Below, piece after piece: positions 48,494 through 57,068 of a DNA stretch of 64,000 bases (positions are counted from its first letter, which is position 1; each line of letters begins with the position of its first letter). The notes below the pieces were generated by a model. That model made no database searches. It was not told the DNA's origin and saw only the letters and a list, made by a program, of their open reading frames with translations. A program made the position numbers and the translations under genes. Source of the stretch: an uncultured Ruminococcus sp. (lineage in GTDB: Bacteria; Bacillota; Clostridia; Oscillospirales; CAG-272); contig CAZVQC010000004.1 of NCBI GenBank assembly GCA_964629225.1, positions 32,766-96,765 on the forward strand, in the 5' to 3' direction.

Positions 48494-48847
48494 TTACCCT
48501 CCTATGTAAAAAATGATATGTATTACCCAATTGACCGTGGCAACAAGTGCAACAGTCAACAGTAATATCTTATGTATCCATCTCTTATTACCGAAAAACA
48601 GGTACCAGAATACGTACGGCATCAAAAAGATCACCGCATTGTATTTGAAGGCTGCCACAAGATCGCCGCGCAGCAGTGCAAAGAGCGCTCTGGTCATTCC
48701 GCATCCGGGACAAGGTATCCCGAATAACACCTTAAACACACAGGGTATTCCGAGGCGACCCATTACAAGGTACGCCACACCGAAGTACAGTGTGAAAAGC
48801 AGTAATAAGCAGATCTTTTTTTGTTTTGAACTAAGTTTTTCGATCAT
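48494..48847 (-). CDS. DUF2752 domain membrane protein
   Basis: PCVFKVLFGIPCPGCGMTRA...GDLVAAFKYN. Confidence 0.9.
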   Translation of the reverse strand: MIEKLSSKQKKICLLLLFTLYFGVAYLVMGRLGIPCVFKVLFGIPCPGCGMTRALFALLRGDLVAAFKYNAVIFLMPYVFWYLFFGNKRWIHKILLLTVALVATVNWVIHIIFYIGG

Positions 48848-48869
48848 TAGACCGATCCGAGCCGTTCAC

Positions 48870-49355
48870 TCAGCCCCTTTTGTTGTAGTCCTCACACATA
48901 AGGTTAGTAGCTTTGAAGAGTTTGTGCGTGTAAACGAAGGGTCCTACGAAAATAATAGAGCCGAGAACGTTCCAAAGCCAGTAGTCGGCGCAAGAGAAGT
49001 TGTAATTGATACCTCTTCTTGTGAGCTCCGCACCAATCCTGTTGGAGATCTTATGAGACCAAACGATGCCGGCGATACCGCAGGTGATGGGGTTAATAAG
49101 GAAGAAGAGCAGGCAGTAGTGCATGGTCTTCTTTCCGTCATAACGGCTTGCGACGGTATTGATGTCGCTGCTTACGGATGACATTACGACGAGTCCGTAA
49201 ATGCCGCAGGTGATAAGGGAAAGAAGTATGTACTTGACGAGTCCCTTATTGGTCTTGAGCTGTCCGACAGGTGCGCTCTGTACCGCACAGCCGCAGGATG
49301 TGCAGATAGCTGCGCCTTCATTAACGGCAGCTCCGCAGTTGCTACAGAATTTCAT
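48870..49355 (-). CDS. Zinc-ribbon plus DUF4234 membrane protein
   Basis: FCSNCG..CTSCG, repeated LITCGIY/PITCGIA TM segments. AAGGAG RBS. Confidence 0.85.
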   Translation of the reverse strand: MKFCSNCGAAVNEGAAICTSCGCAVQSAPVGQLKTNKGLVKYILLSLITCGIYGLVVMSSVSSDINTVASRYDGKKTMHYCLLFFLINPITCGIAGIVWSHKISNRIGAELTRRGINYNFSCADYWLWNVLGSIIFVGPFVYTHKLFKATNLMCEDYNKRG

Positions 49356-49481
49356 AGCAGTCTCCTTAAGAATAAAATAATATTATTAAAACAACTGCAC
49401 ACTGCCGTAAAAACTGACCTTAATTCAGCATAAAACCTTATGAAAGTCGAATAACGGAAGTTTTTGTTGTCTAACAAGGCG

Positions 49482-49510
49482 ATTATACCATATGGATCCT
49501 CTTCTTGCAA
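49482..49510 (-). promoter_or_regulatory. sigmaA promoter of the DUF4234 operon
   Basis: TTGCAA-17 bp-TATAAT with extended TG. Confidence 0.65.
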
Positions 49511-49876
49511 GGGGGGGTTAGCACTTTTTCGGAATATTTTGTGAAAAAACGAAGGGCTCGTTTTTATTTGAGACAAAATGATCATTAGTTTTTTCAAAAT
49601 ACGGAGGGCAGGAACGGCTTTTTGATCTTTTTCGGTGGAGGCTATGCTTGAGGATGTCATATGTTTTGCTCCTTATTTTGTTTTTCCGTAAATAGGGGCG
49701 GACAATGTATCACTTTTTGAAAAAATGGGGGATCGTGATGTTGCCGAAAGGGGAAAAGTATGGTAGAATGATATTTTAGAGGGCTATGCCGAGATGTTTG
49801 AAGGGGACGGCGTGCCGGATAGGGATCTTTATGTTTTTCATTTGCGATATAGACTGAGGCGAGGGGGAACTTTGGT

Positions 49877-51865
49877 ATGGATCATTTCAAATTAGTATCG
49901 GAATACAGACCTACGGGGGATCAGCCGAAGGCTATCGATTCTCTTGTGTCGGGGCTTGAGTCGGGTATGAAGTACCAGACTCTTTTGGGCGTTACCGGGT
50001 CGGGAAAGACCTTTACCATGGCGAACGTTATCGAAAGGATGGATCGTCCGACACTTGTGCTTGCCCACAACAAGACCCTTGCGGCGCAGCTTTACGGGGA
50101 GTTCAAGGAGATGTTTCCGGATAATGCGGTGGAATATTTCGTTTCTTACTACGACTACTATCAGCCCGAGGCGTACGTGCCGGGGAAGGACATCTACATT
50201 GAAAAGGACGCCTCCATCAACGATGAGATAGACAAGCTGCGTCACAGTGCCACCTCCGCTTTGTTTGAGCGGCGTGACGTCATCATTGTTGCCAGTGTTT
50301 CCTGCATCTACTCTCTCGGCTCTCCGGAGGAGTACTCCTCGCAGGTAACCGGAGTTCGGGTGGGCATGGAGGTATCACGTGACGACATAATAAAAAGGCT
50401 CGTCTACGTCCAATACAACCGAAACGACCTGAGCTTTGTGAGGGGCACGTTCCGGGTAAAGGGAGACACGCTTGAGGTCTTTCCCACAAGCTCCGACGAT
50501 ACTGCTATTCGGATCGAGTTTTTCGGGGACGAGATAGACCGCATTGCGGAATTCGATCCTCTTACGGGCAAGGTGAAGAACTTTATCTCCTATGCGGCCA
50601 TCTACCCCGCAAACCACTATGTGGTGGCTCCCGAAAATCGGGAGGCGGCATTCAAAGAGATAGAAGAGGAGCTTGAGGAGCGGGTAGAATACTTTAAGAG
50701 CATCAACAAAAATATTGAGGCACAGCGGATCGAGGAGCGGACAAGATACGATCTTGAGATGCTTCGGGAGATCGGCTTCTGTTCCGGCATTGAAAACTAT
50801 TCAAGGATCTTTTCAAGACGTCCGCCGGGATCGACTCCTTACACGCTGCTCGATTACTTTCCGAAGGATTTTCTTCTTTTCGTGGACGAGTCCCACGTAA
50901 CTTTGCCTCAGGTAAAGGGAATGAGCGGAGGAGACCGAGCCAGAAAGACGAATCTGGTGGAATACGGGTTCAGACTTCCCTCGGCTTATGACAACAGACC
51001 TCTTTTTTTCAATGAATTTGAAGGGAAGCTGGGGCAGGTGGTGATGGTATCCGCTACCCCTTCGGATTTTGAAAAGGAGCATTCCGAGCAGATAGTCGAG
51101 CAGGTCATCAGACCTACGGGACTTCTTGATCCGGAGATAGAAGTGAGACCGGTATCCACTCAGGTGGACGATCTTATCGGTGAGATACGCTCCACCGTGG
51201 CACGGGGAGAGAGAGTTCTTGTCACCACGCTGACAAAGAAGATGGCGGAGGACTTGACCGAATATCTTGACAGTCAGGACATCCGTGTCAAATACATTCA
51301 CCACAGCATTGAGACCATGGAGCGGGTGGAATTGATACGGGACCTTCGTGCCGGTGTCTACGACGTTCTCGTGGGGATAAATCTGCTCCGAGAGGGCATA
51401 GACCTGCCGGAGGTGACCTTGGTGGCGATACTGGATGCCGACAAGGAGGGCTTCCTCAGAAGTGAGACGTCCCTTATCCAGACGGTGGGCCGTGCGGCGA
51501 GAAACGTCGGGGGACGGGTGATAATGTACGCAGATACCGTCACCGACTCCATGAGACGGGCAATCGATGAGACTGCAAGGCGACGTGCCATCCAACAAAA
51601 GTACAACGAGGAGAACGACATCACTCCCACTACCGTCAAAAAGGACATCAGAGATTCCATCGGCATCAAGGATAATTCCGCCACTGCCCGTTACAAGGGC
51701 GGCAAGAAGCGCTCCGAAGAAAAGCCTCGCAGTGCTTCTCAGACGAAGGATCTCATAGAGTCCATGAGAGCGGAGATGAAGCAGGCGGCGAAGGAACTTC
51801 GCTTCGAGGAGGCGGCTTACCTCAGAGACCGCATAAAAGAACTTGAAAGGCAGGAGGAGAAATGA
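49877..51865 (+). CDS. uvrB: Excinuclease ABC subunit B
   Basis: [34 protein letters not shown]-terminal UVR domain. Confidence 0.98.
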   Translation: MDHFKLVSEYRPTGDQPKAIDSLVSGLESGMKYQTLLGVTGSGKTFTMANVIERMDRPTLVLAHNKTLAAQLYGEFKEMFPDNAVEYFVSYYDYYQPEAYVPGKDIYIEKDASINDEIDKLRHSATSALFERRDVIIVASVSCIYSLGSPEEYSSQVTGVRVGMEVSRDDIIKRLVYVQYNRNDLSFVRGTFRVKGDTLEVFPTSSDDTAIRIEFFGDEIDRIAEFDPLTGKVKNFISYAAIYPANHYVVAPENREAAFKEIEEELEERVEYFKSINKNIEAQRIEERTRYDLEMLREIGFCSGIENYSRIFSRRPPGSTPYTLLDYFPKDFLLFVDESHVTLPQVKGMSGGDRARKTNLVEYGFRLPSAYDNRPLFFNEFEGKLGQVVMVSATPSDFEKEHSEQIVEQVIRPTGLLDPEIEVRPVSTQVDDLIGEIRSTVARGERVLVTTLTKKMAEDLTEYLDSQDIRVKYIHHSIETMERVELIRDLRAGVYDVLVGINLLREGIDLPEVTLVAILDADKEGFLRSETSLIQTVGRAARNVGGRVIMYADTVTDSMRRAIDETARRRAIQQKYNEENDITPTTVKKDIRDSIGIKDNSATARYKGGKKRSEEKPRSASQTKDLIESMRAEMKQAAKELRFEEAAYLRDRIKELERQEEK

Positions 51866-52554
51866 AGAAGATCCGCATTCACAGCGAGACGGCATACGTT
51901 GTCTCAATGACCGTACTGTCTTTTGCAGTCGCAATGATAGCGGCGACGAACTACGGGGTATCCATGATAGTTGCCCCGGCTTACATACTTTCGCTCAAGG
52001 TGCCGTTTTTGACCTTCGGACAGGCCGAATACGTAGTGCAGGGAATTTTGTTCATCGTATTCTGCCTTGTGATGAAGAAGATAAAGCCGATATATTTCAC
52101 GGCGTTTTTCACGGGAGTCATCTACGGAGCCATTCTCGATCTGTGGAGAACGGTGATACCGCACTTTGATCCGAATGTGACGGTGCCGGGGGTGCTTCCG
52201 ATCCCAATCAAGATAACATATTTCGTGCTTGGAACGGTATTGACTTCTTTTTCTGTGGCACTCTCCTTCAAGACCTACTTTTACCCCCAAGTCTACGATT
52301 TCTTTGTGAAGGGGGTCAGCGGAAAAATGGGCGTCGATAGGGCAAGATTCAAGTCCGTATTTGACTTTTGCTCCCTTGCGGTGTCGGTGATAATGACTCT
52401 TCTTCTGTTTCACGGCATAAAGGGCGTCGGCATCGGGACTATTATAATGACATGTGTGAACGGAGTTTTGATCGGCTTCTTTGACAGGTTCTTTGACCGA
52501 CATATCGATTTCGTTCCCGCTTTCGGACGTTTTTCGAAGTTTTTCGAGATATAG
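51862..52554 (+). CDS. YczE/YitT-like (DUF6198) membrane protein
   Basis: [23 protein letters not shown], multiple TM segments. ATGA overlap with uvrB. Confidence 0.75.
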   Translation: MKKIRIHSETAYVVSMTVLSFAVAMIAATNYGVSMIVAPAYILSLKVPFLTFGQAEYVVQGILFIVFCLVMKKIKPIYFTAFFTGVIYGAILDLWRTVIPHFDPNVTVPGVLPIPIKITYFVLGTVLTSFSVALSFKTYFYPQVYDFFVKGVSGKMGVDRARFKSVFDFCSLAVSVIMTLLLFHGIKGVGIGTIIMTCVNGVLIGFFDRFFDRHIDFVPAFGRFSKFFEI

Positions 52555-52563
52555 GAGCAGTAA

Positions 52564-53313
52564 ATGGAGAATATTGACCGCTTGGCAGCCATGATCTCGG
52601 AAGGGGGCGGCACCGTCTTTTTCGGCGGTGCGGGAGTGTCCACCGAGAGCGGGCTCAAGGACTATCGGAGCAAGGATGGCATCTACAACACGGTGACCGA
52701 CTATGGTTGCCCGCCGGAGGAGATACTGAGCGCAGACTTTTTCCACGCTCACACGGAGACTTTTTATCGATTCTACCGGGACTACTTTCTCGGTGAGGCA
52801 CATCCAAACAGAGCACACAGGGCGCTTGCGAGGCTTGAGGATATGGGACTTGTCTCTGCGGTCGTCACCCAAAACGTCGACGGCCTTCATACCGCCGCCG
52901 GTAGCCGCAACGTAACGGAGCTTCACGGGACGGTGGAGGACAATTACTGCTTCAGATGCGGAAGGCATTTCGATCGGTCCTATATCGGAAGTTATGAGGG
53001 CGCGGTGCCCCATTGCCCCTGCGGAGGGATCATCAAGCCGAAGGTCACTCTCTACGGTGAGGCCCTTGACGGGGAAGTCTGCGGACGGGCGGCAGATGCG
53101 ATATCCCAATGCAACACGGTCATCGTGGGAGGGACGTCTCTCACCGTCTATCCGGCGGCAACGTTCCTCGGATATTTTCGCGGAAAGAACCTTGTGGTGA
53201 TAAACAGGGATCCGACTCCGAGGGACAAAAAAGCGGACCTTGTATTCAGGGAGAGCATCGGGCAGGTGTTCGAGGAATTGATGGAGGTCATCGGGAATAC
53301 CCGAAGCAGATGA
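52564..53313 (+). CDS. cobB: NAD-dependent protein deacylase (sirtuin)
   Basis: GAGVSTESG..DYR, TQNVDGLH, ELHG, CxxC..CxC, GTSL.VYPAA. Confidence 0.93.
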   Translation: MENIDRLAAMISEGGGTVFFGGAGVSTESGLKDYRSKDGIYNTVTDYGCPPEEILSADFFHAHTETFYRFYRDYFLGEAHPNRAHRALARLEDMGLVSAVVTQNVDGLHTAAGSRNVTELHGTVEDNYCFRCGRHFDRSYIGSYEGAVPHCPCGGIIKPKVTLYGEALDGEVCGRAADAISQCNTVIVGGTSLTVYPAATFLGYFRGKNLVVINRDPTPRDKKADLVFRESIGQVFEELMEVIGNTRSR

Positions 53314-53323
53314 GCGAAAACTA

Positions 53324-53352
53324 TTGACAAACGGGATCTTTTCTTATAAAAT
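53324..53352 (+). promoter_or_regulatory. sigmaA promoter of the lipoprotein gene
   Basis: TTGACA-17 bp-TAAAAT. Confidence 0.65.
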
Positions 53353-53383
53353 CATAATATCCAACGAAAGCAGGACCTAAAAG

Positions 53384-54025
53384 ATGAAAAAAACAGCGCT
53401 GATACTTGCGATCATAGTGATCGCACTGTGTGCATTTGCCTCCTGTAAAAAGGGAGATACCGCAGATCCGACCGCGCCGGAGGATACAGCCTCGGTGGAA
53501 ATGGATCCTATTACCGAAGGCGGCGATGCCGGAAGCGAAGCCCCTGCCGTCACTACGGCAGCTCCCGCAAAGCTTCCCGCAAAATTCGATGAGATGACGG
53601 ACACCTGTGTCATTGCCATCTCCCAAAAATGGAGCAAGGCTCAGCTTAGAGAAAAGGACCTTCCGCAGATACTGGCGGAATGCTACGGCGACAACGCACT
53701 TAAGACTGTCGGGTACAATATCATCGACATTGACGGTGACGGAGTTGCGGAGTTCATTCTCGGAACGGTACCCGGAGCGGTGGACGTTCCCTATGAGCGC
53801 ACCATATTCGCCATTTACAGAGAAGGTGCCGACGGAAACGCGGAAAAGGTACTTGAGAGCGCAGCGGGCGTGACCTACCACTACGCCGGCGAAGGTATCT
53901 TCGTTAAGGCGGAAGGCGGCATCTACACTGCGTTTGAGTACAAAAACGGTGAGCTCGCAGCCACAGGTACCACCGTCGGAGCGGACAGTTACCATAACTT
54001 TGGACTGATCCCCTTTGTGAGCTGA
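53384..54025 (+). CDS. Hypothetical lipoprotein with DxDxDG motif
   Basis: Lipobox FASC, acidic Pro/Thr/Ala linker, DIDGDGVAEF. Confidence 0.75.
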   Translation: MKKTALILAIIVIALCAFASCKKGDTADPTAPEDTASVEMDPITEGGDAGSEAPAVTTAAPAKLPAKFDEMTDTCVIAISQKWSKAQLREKDLPQILAECYGDNALKTVGYNIIDIDGDGVAEFILGTVPGAVDVPYERTIFAIYREGADGNAEKVLESAAGVTYHYAGEGIFVKAEGGIYTAFEYKNGELAATGTTVGADSYHNFGLIPFVS

Positions 54026-54042
54026 ATTTGATATGACGAAAA

Positions 54043-54080
54043 AGCCCTTGAAAGCGAAAATGCTTTCAAGGGCTGATTTG
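54043..54080. terminator. Bidirectional terminator
   Basis: AGCCCTTGAAAGC-GAAAAT-GCTTTCAAGGGCT. Confidence 0.8.
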
Positions 54081-54128
54081 TGTTTTAACGGGGTTCACAG
54101 AACGCTATGTGAGCCGTTTTAAGGCGTT

Positions 54129-54917
54129 TTACAGCAGCTTTGTTTTTTCGAAGGCCGAGACTACCGCCGATGCCGCAACGCCTCTAAAAGAGCCTTTTTC
54201 GAGGGCGAGAACACCTTCTATCGTTGTTCCTCCGGGGGAACATACCATGTCCTTCAGCTTTTCCGGATGTATGCCGCTTTCAAGAGCCAGTTTTGCGCTT
54301 CCGAGGAGTGTCTGCTCCGCATACAAAAGCGCCTTGTCTCTGGGAAGACCGCACCTTACTCCACCGTCCGCAAGGGCTTCGATGAACATGAATACAAAAG
54401 CCGGACCGCAGCCGGATACTGCCGATGCCGCATCGATGTATTTTTCTTCAATGCGGTCAAGTCGTCCCGCCGCCTTCATGATATTGAGAAAACCTTTTTC
54501 ATCCTCCTCGCTCACCTTCTCCGAGAGGCAATAGAGTATCATTCCTTCACCGACGGATGCGGGAGTGTTGGGCATTATTCTGATAACACGGTCATGTCGG
54601 GATGCCGCTTTGATATCGGCTACGGAGACTCCCGCCGCCATTGAGACAAGGACGGTACTCTCCTTGAGATAAGGCGACACCGTGTCGGCAACGGAGGCGA
54701 TAACGTTGGGTTTTACTCCGAGAAAAACAAAGTCGCACTCTCCCGCCACGGTCTCAATGTCCGAGGGGATCCCGAGGCCGGCATCGGCTTTCTTTTTTAC
54801 TGCGTCGGATGAGATATCGTAAATTGCAACGGCCCCGCAGTCAACGCTTCCGCGCACCGCATCAAGAAGGGCGCCGCCCATGTTTCCGACTCCTATGAAT
54901 CCTGCTTTGTATTTCAT
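54129..54917 (-). CDS. proC: Pyrroline-5-carboxylate reductase
   Basis: GVGNMG, RIMPNTP, SGCGPAF, VCSPGGTTI. Confidence 0.96.
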   Translation of the reverse strand: MKYKAGFIGVGNMGGALLDAVRGSVDCGAVAIYDISSDAVKKKADAGLGIPSDIETVAGECDFVFLGVKPNVIASVADTVSPYLKESTVLVSMAAGVSVADIKAASRHDRVIRIMPNTPASVGEGMILYCLSEKVSEEDEKGFLNIMKAAGRLDRIEEKYIDAASAVSGCGPAFVFMFIEALADGGVRCGLPRDKALLYAEQTLLGSAKLALESGIHPEKLKDMVCSPGGTTIEGVLALEKGSFRGVAASAVVSAFEKTKLL

Positions 54918-54928
54918 TTTCTACCTCC

Positions 54929-56188
54929 TCAGCGAATGCTTCCGTCTCCGTGGATGACGTATTTGTAGCTATTCAGTTCTTCAAGTCCCATGGGGCCTCT
55001 TGCGTGGAGCTTCTGCGTCGATATCCCCATCTCGCACCCCAGCCCGAAGACTCCGCCGTCGGTGAATCGAGTGGAGGCGTTCACATAGACTGCCGCGCTG
55101 TCTACGTTGGCGGTGAAATATCTTGCGGTATCTTCGTTTTCGGTGATGATCGCATCGCTGTGACCGGTCGAATGGGCGAAAATGTGCTCTACTGCCGCCT
55201 CTGCCGAGTCAACTACCGTCACTGCCATTTTGTAATCGAGGAATTCTCTGTCGAAGTCGCCCTCCGCTGCGGGGATACCGTGTCGGGAGAGGGACAGTGC
55301 CGTCCGATCCATTCTCATTTCAACGGGGATCTCACCCGCTTTTTCTCTTTTTTCAAAAAGCACCTCATCAAGAAGTGGAACAAAGCGTTCGGCCACGTCC
55401 TTGTGAACGAGGCAGACCTCCATGGCATTGCACACCGAGGGTCGGGAAGTCTTTGCGTTTTCAACGACTTTTACGGCCTTTTTAAGATCCGCGTCCTTGT
55501 CAACGTAGATGTGGCATATTCCGGTACCGGTCTCGATACAGGGGACGTCGGCATTTTCAAGACAGCTTTTTATGAGCCCCGCTCCTCCTCTGGGGATGAG
55601 CAGATCGATGTAGCCGACACCCTTCATAAGCTCCGTTGCGGATGCTCTTGAAACGTCCTCCACGAGAAGGACCGTATCTCTCGGCAGACCGGCTCTTTCA
55701 AGCCCCTTGCCGATGGCATCTGTGATGGCGGCGGCGCTGTTATGCGCCTCTTTTCCGCTTCTTAAGATGCAGGCGTTCCCGCTCTTCACCGCAAGGGCAG
55801 CGGCATCGGATGTCACGTTGGGACGGCTTTCGTAAATTATGGCAACTACTCCCAGCGCAACGGAGACCTTTTCTATCTTAAGACCGTTTTCGAGAGTGTC
55901 GGAATAGAGCACTCGCCCCACCGGATCCGGCAGAGCCGCGGCTTCCTCTATCCCTTTTGCCATGGCGACTATTCTGTCCCCGTTCAACATCAGCCTGTCG
56001 ATCATCACGTCGGATATCTTTCCCTCGGCCGCCGCCAAATCCTTCTTATTGGCTTCTAAAATAACGTCTTTGTCCTCGACAAGTGCCCGCGCCATTTCAC
56101 GCAGAGCACCGTTTTTCACCTTGGTGGAGGCCGATGCTACGTGTTTCGAGGCGGCTTTTGCCCGTTTCATTATCTCAAGTGTTGTCAT
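54929..56188 (-). CDS. proA: Gamma-glutamyl phosphate reductase
   Basis: IYESRPNVT, PRGG, CNAME, NASTRFTDG, ISTQKLHARGP. Confidence 0.97.
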   Translation of the reverse strand: MTTLEIMKRAKAASKHVASASTKVKNGALREMARALVEDKDVILEANKKDLAAAEGKISDVMIDRLMLNGDRIVAMAKGIEEAAALPDPVGRVLYSDTLENGLKIEKVSVALGVVAIIYESRPNVTSDAAALAVKSGNACILRSGKEAHNSAAAITDAIGKGLERAGLPRDTVLLVEDVSRASATELMKGVGYIDLLIPRGGAGLIKSCLENADVPCIETGTGICHIYVDKDADLKKAVKVVENAKTSRPSVCNAMEVCLVHKDVAERFVPLLDEVLFEKREKAGEIPVEMRMDRTALSLSRHGIPAAEGDFDREFLDYKMAVTVVDSAEAAVEHIFAHSTGHSDAIITENEDTARYFTANVDSAAVYVNASTRFTDGGVFGLGCEMGISTQKLHARGPMGLEELNSYKYVIHGDGSIR

Positions 56189-56201
56189 ACCGAAGTCTCC
56201 C

Positions 56202-56978
56202 TCATTTTTTATTTCCTATGAATCTGGTGCCGACTTTTTTTCCATCTGCGATATCGTAGAGTATGTATGGGTCGCTTCCGTCCACGATTACGGTGTCGCA
56301 ACCTGCCGCCGTCGCTATCTTTGCGGCGGATATCTTCGTCTTCATGCCGCCGGTGCCGACACCGCTTCCGGCGCCTCCGGCTATCTTTTCCACATAGGCG
56401 TCGATGTGTTCTACCTCCGGTATCAAAACGGCATCTTTGTCAAGGCGGGGATCTGCGGTGTAGAGGCCGTCAATGTCCGTCAGCATGACAAAGAGATCGG
56501 CTCCGACGCTTTCCGCAACTATTGCCGCCAATGTGTCGTTGTCTCCTATTGCCACTTCAAGTTCTCCGGTGGCGACCGTGTCGTTTTCGTTGACGATTGG
56601 CAGTGCCCCAAGGGACAACAGCTCGGAGACCGTGTTGGTGAAATTGGTCTTTCTGCCCTCGTCCTTGATGTCGTCGGCCGTGAGAAGTATCTGGGCAACC
56701 GTGTGATTGTACTCGGAGAACAGCTTGTCGTACGTGTACATGAGCTCACACTGGCCGACGGCGGCTGTCGCCTGCTTCAGAGAGAGTCTTGTGGGGCGCT
56801 CCTTAAGGGCGAGTTTTCCCATTCCCATGCCGACGGCGCCGGAGGAGACGAGAATAATGTCACTGCCGGAATTCTTGATATCACTGATGACACGGCAGAG
56901 CCTTTCCATGTGTCTTATGTTCAGCCTGCCCGTGGGGTAGGCGAGAGTGGATGTGCCCACTTTAATAACGGTCTTCAT
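56202..56978 (-). CDS. proB: Glutamate 5-kinase (no PUA domain)
   Basis: IKVGTS, VSSGA, NEND, GDND, GTGGM.TK. Confidence 0.96.
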   Translation of the reverse strand: MKTVIKVGTSTLAYPTGRLNIRHMERLCRVISDIKNSGSDIILVSSGAVGMGMGKLALKERPTRLSLKQATAAVGQCELMYTYDKLFSEYNHTVAQILLTADDIKDEGRKTNFTNTVSELLSLGALPIVNENDTVATGELEVAIGDNDTLAAIVAESVGADLFVMLTDIDGLYTADPRLDKDAVLIPEVEHIDAYVEKIAGGAGSGVGTGGMKTKISAAKIATAAGCDTVIVDGSDPYILYDIADGKKVGTRFIGNKK

Positions 56979-57068
56979 CCTTTTGTTCTCCTTGCTGCTT
57001 TTCTTATTGGTACAAACGGGGGCTGAATATCAGCCCCCGTAGTTTGTCGGGGCAAGTACTTTTGCCCG

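Noticed and set aside
49352-49660. 102-aa ORF upstream of DUF4234, and ORFs at 31251-31610 and 26984-27202
   Set aside because: They lie in intergenic promoter or leader regions, lack a convincing RBS and show no protein-like features.
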